Positions 58,155 to 64,000 of a stretch of 64,000 nucleotides of DNA are shown here, in pieces (the stretch's first letter is position 1; every line of letters starts with the position of its first letter). Position numbers and translations under genes: made by a program. Source of the stretch: Alphaproteobacteria bacterium (lineage in GTDB: Bacteria > Pseudomonadota > Alphaproteobacteria > Rs-D84); assembly GCA_017631895.1 (NCBI GenBank), contig JAGBSK010000030.1, positions 12,296-76,295 on the forward strand, written 5' to 3'. The notes below the pieces were generated by a model. It searched no databases, was not told where the DNA came from, and was given only the letters and a program-made list of their open reading frames with translations.

Positions 58155-60683
58155 GTGGCGGACAAAGGCAAATTAACCCCGGTTATGCAACAATATGTTG
58201 ATATGAAGTCTGAAAATCCAGACGCATTATTAATGTTTCGATTGGGGGACTTTTATGAATCTTTTTTCGAAGACGCACGCACAATCAGTACCGCGTTGGG
58301 GCTGGTGTTAACCGCACGAGGTACGGACGGCGATGGCGCGGATATTCCAATGTGCGGCATCCCATGGCATGCGGCGGATAATTATTTTGGTCGTCTGGTG
58401 CGCGCCGGGTACAAGGTGGCCCTGGTTGAACAAATGGAAACCCCTGCCCAGGCCAAGGCCCGCGGGCACAAATATATTGAACGTCGTGTTGTTCGTGTTT
58501 TGACCCCCGGTACATTGACAGATGAAAATTTATTAAGTCCGAAAAAATCAAATTTCTTGGTTGCGATTGCGCCAATTGGTGGTGGCAAATATGATATTGC
58601 AGGCTGTGATATTTCGACCGGTGAATTTTTTGTGGGGACCACCGCCGAACCGATTGACGACATGGTTCGTATCAACCCGGCCGAGGTTATTTTCCCTTTC
58701 CACACCGCCGAAGAAAAAACAATTTCTAAACTGCGTGAATTATTCAAATCCACCCCGGTTTATGAAAAACTGTATCATCGTGCGGACATAGACATGGTTG
58801 TTTCGCGTGTTTTTGGATGCGCGGTTGATGCGGGCACGGCCGCGAAAAACACGGATGGGGCGATATGTTTGTTGGCGGGCTATTTATTTAATACCCAGCG
58901 CGACGCCCAAATTACATTTCGTGCGCCATATACATTCAAATCCGGTCGCCAGTTGTTGATTGATTCTGCAACCTGGCGCAGTCTTGAAATCGACGCGCCA
59001 ATTAACGATGGCGGTGCATGTTTAATAGACGTTCTGGACGAAACGCATACGGCGGCGGGGGCGCGAAAACTGCGTGCATATTTGCGTAATTTATCGGCGG
59101 ACATTGACGAGATTGCCATGCGTCAATCGCATATATCGCACTTTATGTTAAACCCAGATGTCTGTGCGATGGTTGAAAATATTTTGTCATCTATTCCCGA
59201 TGTGGGGCGCAGTTTGTCGCGCCTGTTGTCGGGTCGTGGCACGCCACGTGATATGCGCAATATAACGGATTTTATTACCGTGTTGCCACGGGCCCAGTTA
59301 TTGTCATCGCGTCTTGATGCGGGCTTTGCATCGCGTTTTGAAGGGCTTAAAACCCACGGCGAACTGTGTTCAAAATTGGTACGTGCGTTATCTGATGAAT
59401 TGCCGACATTTTTCCGTGATGGCGGTGTGATTCGTGCGGGTTTTGATGTGTCGCTGGATAATATGCGCGAATTGTCAAACGGTGCGCGTGAAACGATTGC
59501 GGGCCTGCAAACGCAATACATATCCCAGACGGGAATAAACACCCTGAAAATCAAATACAATAATATTCTAGGATATTTTATCGAGGTTCCCTCCTCTCGC
59601 GCAGACGTTATGATGTCGCCAGAATCAGGCTTTATTCATCGTCAGACAATGGCGGGCAACATGCGATTTACAACGTCGCGCCTGATTGATTTGGACAACG
59701 ATGTTCGCAGTGCGGCGGAAAAGGCATCTGCAATCGAAGATGAAATTGTCAAAGATTTAATTGAACAAATCCGCAGCGTTTCGGACGATTTGCTGTCCGC
59801 GGCGGATTTGCTGGCGGATGCGGATGTGTGGGCGGCTTTGACACGTGTTGCGGATAAATATTCTTGGACGCGTCCGGTAATGTCTGACGATTGCGCGTTT
59901 GATATAACGGGCGGTCGACATCCGGTGATTGAATCTGTTCTGCGCGCACGTGGTGATAACTTTGTAAAAAATGATTGTAATCTGAACGCGCATGCAATTG
60001 CGTTGCTGACGGGGCCAAATATGGCGGGTAAGTCAACATACCTGCGCCAAAATGCGTTGATAGTTGTCTTGGCGCATTTGGGGGCTTATGTTCCGGCGGA
60101 ACGCGCAAATATCGGCATTTGCGACCAGTTGTTCAGTCGTGTTGGTGCATCTGACAACTTGGCGGCGGGTCAGTCCACATTCATGGTGGAAATGAGTGAA
60201 ACAGCCAACATCCTGAACCGCGCGACAAATCGTTCATTTATTATCTTTGATGAAATAGGGCGGGGTACCGCAACCTATGATGGTATGGCAATTGCCCAGG
60301 CGGTATTAGAATACCTGGACGAAATGCAACCACGAACATTGTTTGCAACGCACTATCATGAATTGACGGCGTTGGCGACGAATGGCGGACTGAATCATGT
60401 GTCTTGTCTGACGATTGATGTGCGCGAACATAACAACGAAATAATCTTTATGCATAAAATAGTTTCGGGTGTTGCCAACCGGTCATATGGTATTCACGTT
60501 GCGCGAATGGCGGGCATGCCGAAATCAGTTGTTGCACGCGCAGAATGTGTTTTGTCTTCGTTGGAATCAAATTCTGTGTCGGTATCGGCTGACAATTGTG
60601 CGCCAAAGCCTGTACCCACGCCCACCCAGAAAAAACAGTGCGTCGCGGACAATGTGTCGCCACAACTAAGTTTATTTGGTTAA
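58155..60683 (+). CDS. mutS: DNA mismatch repair protein MutS (GTG start)
   Basis: N-terminal mismatch-binding domain (GDFYE), Walker A GPNMAGKST, 842 aa. Confidence 0.9.
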   Translation: MADKGKLTPVMQQYVDMKSENPDALLMFRLGDFYESFFEDARTISTALGLVLTARGTDGDGADIPMCGIPWHAADNYFGRLVRAGYKVALVEQMETPAQAKARGHKYIERRVVRVLTPGTLTDENLLSPKKSNFLVAIAPIGGGKYDIAGCDISTGEFFVGTTAEPIDDMVRINPAEVIFPFHTAEEKTISKLRELFKSTPVYEKLYHRADIDMVVSRVFGCAVDAGTAAKNTDGAICLLAGYLFNTQRDAQITFRAPYTFKSGRQLLIDSATWRSLEIDAPINDGGACLIDVLDETHTAAGARKLRAYLRNLSADIDEIAMRQSHISHFMLNPDVCAMVENILSSIPDVGRSLSRLLSGRGTPRDMRNITDFITVLPRAQLLSSRLDAGFASRFEGLKTHGELCSKLVRALSDELPTFFRDGGVIRAGFDVSLDNMRELSNGARETIAGLQTQYISQTGINTLKIKYNNILGYFIEVPSSRADVMMSPESGFIHRQTMAGNMRFTTSRLIDLDNDVRSAAEKASAIEDEIVKDLIEQIRSVSDDLLSAADLLADADVWAALTRVADKYSWTRPVMSDDCAFDITGGRHPVIESVLRARGDNFVKNDCNLNAHAIALLTGPNMAGKSTYLRQNALIVVLAHLGAYVPAERANIGICDQLFSRVGASDNLAAGQSTFMVEMSETANILNRATNRSFIIFDEIGRGTATYDGMAIAQAVLEYLDEMQPRTLFATHYHELTALATNGGLNHVSCLTIDVREHNNEIIFMHKIVSGVANRSYGIHVARMAGMPKSVVARAECVLSSLESNSVSVSADNCAPKPVPTPTQKKQCVADNVSPQLSLFG

Positions 60684-60698
60684 TTAAAGGGATTTTTT

Positions 60699-61196
60699 AT
60701 GATTATAAAACCAAAGTATGTTTTTCAAGCAGACTCGTGCAATCTTGTTCAGCAAGAATTTTCAACCAAACAAGAATTGTATGATTTTATACACTCGTTT
60801 GATTTCAGAAGTCTGTATGACTCACATGGTAAACCAACATACGGAATTACCCGTGGGTTTCGCGATAACCAATTCAAGGTTGGTGCGCGTCTGGTAATTG
60901 ATATTGATGGATACCAGGCAAAATCAAATATTATCTGGGGGCCACAATACTATGTTGGTCGTTCTGCTAATTGTAATAACAATGTGCTAAGGGTAGAAAT
61001 GCCGGTTGTTCCTGGGATACTGTACGGCAACCGACATTATTCGGAATATCACAAGATATTTGCCAATGGCGACATGGTTTATGACCCTGTCCGCATGCGC
61101 CAGGTCTATCCGCTATGCGATGGCCGCCCGTCCGAGTTGACACGGTTTATCCAACAAATAGAAAAACAAAAATACAATCTGGACAAGGTAAGATGA
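60699..61196 (+). CDS. Hypothetical 165-aa protein translationally coupled (ATGA) to truB
   Basis: Intact ORF, RBS, stop overlaps the truB start; no motif recognised. Confidence 0.4.
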   Translation: MIIKPKYVFQADSCNLVQQEFSTKQELYDFIHSFDFRSLYDSHGKPTYGITRGFRDNQFKVGARLVIDIDGYQAKSNIIWGPQYYVGRSANCNNNVLRVEMPVVPGILYGNRHYSEYHKIFANGDMVYDPVRMRQVYPLCDGRPSELTRFIQQIEKQKYNLDKVR

Positions 61197-62068
61197 CACA
61201 ATCTGGCTGGGTAATTTTGGACAAAGATTCCGGGCTGTTTTCACGAACGGCGGGTGGTCGCGTTGCGCGAATGTTGGGAACAAAAAAGTTTGGACACATC
61301 GGCACCCTGGACCCCATGGCAACGGGCGTATTGCCAATTGCTATTGGCGATGCGACCAAGATGATTCCTTTTGTAGAAGACGCTGGCAATCATACCAAAG
61401 AATACCTATTTTCATGTCAGTTTGGCTTTGAAACGGACACATTGGACATAACCGGCACGGAAATTGTGCGCAACGACATTGTTCCAACAGAATCCGCCGT
61501 CCGCACCGCAATACCAAAATTTATAGGACAAATTTCCCAAATCCCACCGATTTATTCCGCGGTCCACGTCGGGGGCAAACGCGCATACGATGTCGCGCGT
61601 CGGGGCGGGGCGGTTGATATTCCCGCGCGCATGGTTGAAATTTTTGCGCTGGAACTGATTGAAATTCGGGGTGCGTCATGGCATTTTCGCATGCGCTGTT
61701 CGCCCGGCACGTATGTTCGCAGTGTGGCACGTGATATTGCAAAAAACTGTGGTGTGCTGGCGACGGTTGACATGATACGTCGCACACAAACGAACGGCTT
61801 TGACATAAAAGATGCGGTAAAACTTGATTTTTTGGAAAAAGTATTTAATAATAGTGGAAATTTAGGTGAAAACCTGAAACCGGTGGATTTTGGACTGGGG
61901 GACATTCCGGTTCTGAATTTGCCTGATAAAGACGCTGATTTTTATAAAAACGGTGGCTTTATCAAAACGGGCGCAATTGATGGTCTGTATCGCATTTATG
62001 CCGATGAAAACTTTATTGGTATTGGTGTGGTTGCGGACGGTGTTTTGCGACCAAAGCGAACTTTATAA
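61193..62068 (+). CDS. truB: tRNA pseudouridine(55) synthase
   Basis: HIGTLDPMATGVLPIAIGDATK catalytic Asp motif. Confidence 0.85.
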   Translation: MTQSGWVILDKDSGLFSRTAGGRVARMLGTKKFGHIGTLDPMATGVLPIAIGDATKMIPFVEDAGNHTKEYLFSCQFGFETDTLDITGTEIVRNDIVPTESAVRTAIPKFIGQISQIPPIYSAVHVGGKRAYDVARRGGAVDIPARMVEIFALELIEIRGASWHFRMRCSPGTYVRSVARDIAKNCGVLATVDMIRRTQTNGFDIKDAVKLDFLEKVFNNSGNLGENLKPVDFGLGDIPVLNLPDKDADFYKNGGFIKTGAIDGLYRIYADENFIGIGVVADGVLRPKRTL

Positions 62069-62089
62069 AAATAACAAAAGGAAAAAGTA

Positions 62090-62362
62090 ATGTCCGTTAC
62101 AAAAGCAAAAAAATCTGAATTGATTCAGGAATACAAGGTGTCAGACGTTGACAATGGTGGTTCCGTTGAATCCCAGGTTGCAGTTTTGACAGAACGCATT
62201 CGCAACTTGACTGAACATATGAAGGCTAATCACAAAGACAACCATTCAAAACGTGGTTTGTTGTTGATGGTTAACCGCCGCAAGAAATTGTTGGCCTATA
62301 TCAAGAAGCGTAATGCATCTGACTACGAAGCCCTGATTAAGAAATTAGGTCTGCGTAAATAA
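62090..62362 (+). CDS. rpsO: 30S ribosomal protein S15
   Basis: 90 aa, conserved S15 helices; follows truB. Confidence 0.9.
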   Translation: MSVTKAKKSELIQEYKVSDVDNGGSVESQVAVLTERIRNLTEHMKANHKDNHSKRGLLLMVNRRKKLLAYIKKRNASDYEALIKKLGLRK

Positions 62363-62366
62363 GTTA

Positions 62367-62392
62367 ATCCCGCGTTTGCGGGATTTTTTTTA
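62367..62392 (+). terminator. Terminator ATCCCGC-GTTT-GCGGGAT + T8 after rpsO
   Basis: Read directly. Confidence 0.7.
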
Positions 62393-62411
62393 AGACTTAA
62401 ATTGTTATTTA

Positions 62412-62441
62412 CAAAAAAAATCCCCCAATCGGGGGATTTTT
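62412..62441 (-). terminator. Terminator ATCCCCC-AATC-GGGGGAT with A8 upstream (U-run on the minus strand) after rpsT
   Basis: Read directly. Confidence 0.7.
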
Positions 62442-62459
62442 CATATTTCTGAAACGACA

Positions 62460-62720
62460 TTAAGCCATTTTGGAAACTTTCTTTGCCAATCTTGAAATCT
62501 TGCGTGCTGCGCGTTTCTTTGGCATGATTTTGCCCGCAGACTTCATGATTTTGCTTTCTGCGTTGCGTGCCGCTGTTGTCGCCGCTGCTTTGTCGCCAGA
62601 TTCGATTGCAACCAACGCCTTCTTGGTCGCGGTTTTTACAACACTGCGACGGGATGTGTTAATCGCGTTTTTCTTGGCAGTTACCAAAATTCTTTTTTCA
62701 GATGACTTATGATTTGCCAC
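62460..62720 (-). CDS. rpsT: 30S ribosomal protein S20
   Basis: MANHKSSEKR.. basic 86 aa. Confidence 0.85.
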   Translation of the reverse strand: MANHKSSEKRILVTAKKNAINTSRRSVVKTATKKALVAIESGDKAAATTAARNAESKIMKSAGKIMPKKRAARKISRLAKKVSKMA

Positions 62721-62793
62721 GTTATTTTCCTTTTATTTTCGTTTTGATTTTGCTATTTTATAACAAACAAACATAAAATCAAGGAAAAATAAC

Positions 62794-63381
62794 ATGGTAT
62801 ATTTAACAGGGATTATTGTTTCGTATTTGTTGGGTTCTATCCCCATGGGGCTGGTTCTGACCAAATTGGCGGGCAAGGGCGATTTAAGAAAGGTTGGCAG
62901 TGGTAATATCGGCGCCACAAACGTTATGCGTGTGGGCGGATTACGCATGGCTGGGTTGGTATGGTTGCTTGACATGGCCAAGGCTATTGCCGCCGTATTT
63001 ATCGGTAAATATATTGGGGGCGACGCGTTTGGGGCCTGGTGCGGATTTGCGGCAATCGTCGGTCATTGTTATCCGATTTGGCTACGTTTCAAAGGGGGCA
63101 AGGGGATTTCATCATTGTTTGGTACCCTGTTGGCGGTCAGTCCCATGTCCTTTGCAATCTGTGGCATAGAATGGTTATTGGTTGCGTTAACATCTGGCAA
63201 ATCATCCCTGGGGGCGACGGTTGTATTTTGTTTGATTCCGGTACTGGGTTTTGCGATTGGTATATCGACGGGCTTTGCATTCTTGGCAATTGGACTGCTG
63301 TGCATGTGGCGTCATCGTGAAAATATCAAACGCTTGATTTCGGGGACCGAATCCAAAATCGAATGGAAATGGAAAAAATAA
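62794..63381 (+). CDS. plsY: Glycerol-3-phosphate acyltransferase PlsY
   Basis: GSGNIGATNV motif, five or more TM segments. Confidence 0.85.
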   Translation: MVYLTGIIVSYLLGSIPMGLVLTKLAGKGDLRKVGSGNIGATNVMRVGGLRMAGLVWLLDMAKAIAAVFIGKYIGGDAFGAWCGFAAIVGHCYPIWLRFKGGKGISSLFGTLLAVSPMSFAICGIEWLLVALTSGKSSLGATVVFCLIPVLGFAIGISTGFAFLAIGLLCMWRHRENIKRLISGTESKIEWKWKK

Positions 63382-63387
63382 CAAATT

Positions 63388-63409
63388 CGGGGGCGCGCCC
63401 CCGTTTTTT
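63388..63409 (+). terminator. Terminator CGGGGGCG-CGCCCCCG + T6 after plsY
   Basis: Read directly. Confidence 0.7.
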
Positions 63410-63472
63410 CTTGTTTTTTGACGCATTTTGTGGTATAATACAACCCAAAGAATATCTAAAGGGGAAGGGAAT

Positions 63473-64000
63473 ATGAAACCAGTTTTATCGGCATTTGTGA
63501 TATCAATGATATTGGCACCGGCATTTGCGGCGGCACCAAATATGACGCCTGCGACCGGTCGTGGTCGTGCGTCTATGGCGAATCAGATGATGGCGGCACC
63601 GCGCGCGGTTATGTCCCAGAATCAGATTCAGGCGATGGCGGCACAACCTGAAACTGTGGCTGCGCCGACGGTTGCGACGGATGATAAAATGGCAACCACA
63701 CCCGAAGAAATGAAACCTGCGGAAAAAGATATGCGCGAACGTGAAAAACGCGCTTGCTTGCAGAACAATATCGGCATTGGTAATACTTTTGTCTGGGCAT
63801 CGCGGTATAGTAATTTGGGCAGTTATTCTACTATGATAGAAGATATCGAAGAACCAGATAACAACACATGCTTTGTCAAGGTTGAACTGAAATCTGACGA
63901 CCCAAAAATTAGCGTTGCCGATGTTCCGGCTAAATATTATGAAATGGGGCGCGATATCACATGTGGTGAATGGGCGAACTATGACACATTAAAATCGCGT
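63473..64000 (+). CDS. Secreted Ala/Met-rich protein, 3'-partial (runs off the window)
   Basis: RBS AAAGGGGAAGGGA, signal peptide MKPVLSAFVISMILAPAFAAAP; not in the ORF track because it is incomplete. Confidence 0.35.
   Translation, partial: MKPVLSAFVISMILAPAFAAAPNMTPATGRGRASMANQMMAAPRAVMSQNQIQAMAAQPETVAAPTVATDDKMATTPEEMKPAEKDMREREKRACLQNNIGIGNTFVWASRYSNLGSYSTMIEDIEEPDNNTCFVKVELKSDDPKISVADVPAKYYEMGRDITCGEWANYDTLKSR

Overview
This 64 kb window looks like a gene-dense, AT-rich chromosomal segment of an alphaproteobacterium, probably a Rickettsiales/Holosporales-like intracellular lineage; that placement is an inference from gene content and architecture. Housekeeping genes (gyrB, dnaG, topA, mreB, mreCD-mrdA-rodA, rpmI-rplT-pheST, uvrD, recF, rnpA-yidD, accBC, rpoH, rsmG-parAB, mutS, truB-rpsO, rpsT, plsY, lpxC/lpxK, lptB, ung, ychF, gpsA) are interleaved with accessory modules. 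Accessory module 1: a type IVb-pilus/T2SS-like inner-membrane platform operon (GspE/GspF plus two bitopic/periplasmic partners) sits behind a beta-barrel OMP and a lipoprotein. No pilin, prepilin peptidase or secretin is visible. Accessory module 2: an orphan virB3-virB4 type IV secretion fragment is co-transcribed with a secreted HExxH lipoprotein. It lies next to a eukaryotic-like LRR protein, an ASCH protein and an OMP, all wedged beside tRNA-fMet. Accessory module 3: a Panacea (DUF4065) antitoxin-like protein sits at the window edge next to tRNA-Met(CAT). Other accessory genes: several Cys-rich secreted proteins paired with OMPs, and an HTH plus 189-aa two-gene module divergent from gyrB. 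Three tRNAs (Met-CAT, fMet, Val-TAC) and an unlisted 44-aa L36 type-B (rpmJ paralog) gene are present. Non-coding structure 1: the 310-bp virB3/rpmJ divergent intergenic region holds nine copies of a DnaA-box-like 9-mer, TT(T/A)TCAACA, plus an AT-rich tract; this is a candidate oriC or regulatory hub. Non-coding structure 2: two identical parS-like 16-mers lie upstream of parAB, each followed by the same 9-mer. Non-coding structure 3: a very uniform family of GC-stem hairpins with CAA(A/T)-type loops, flanked by A- and T-runs, acts as bidirectional terminators. A 23-nt element of this family is shared between an intergenic hairpin and the inside of a short SufBD-family ORF. No CRISPR array, rRNA or obvious IS element was seen.
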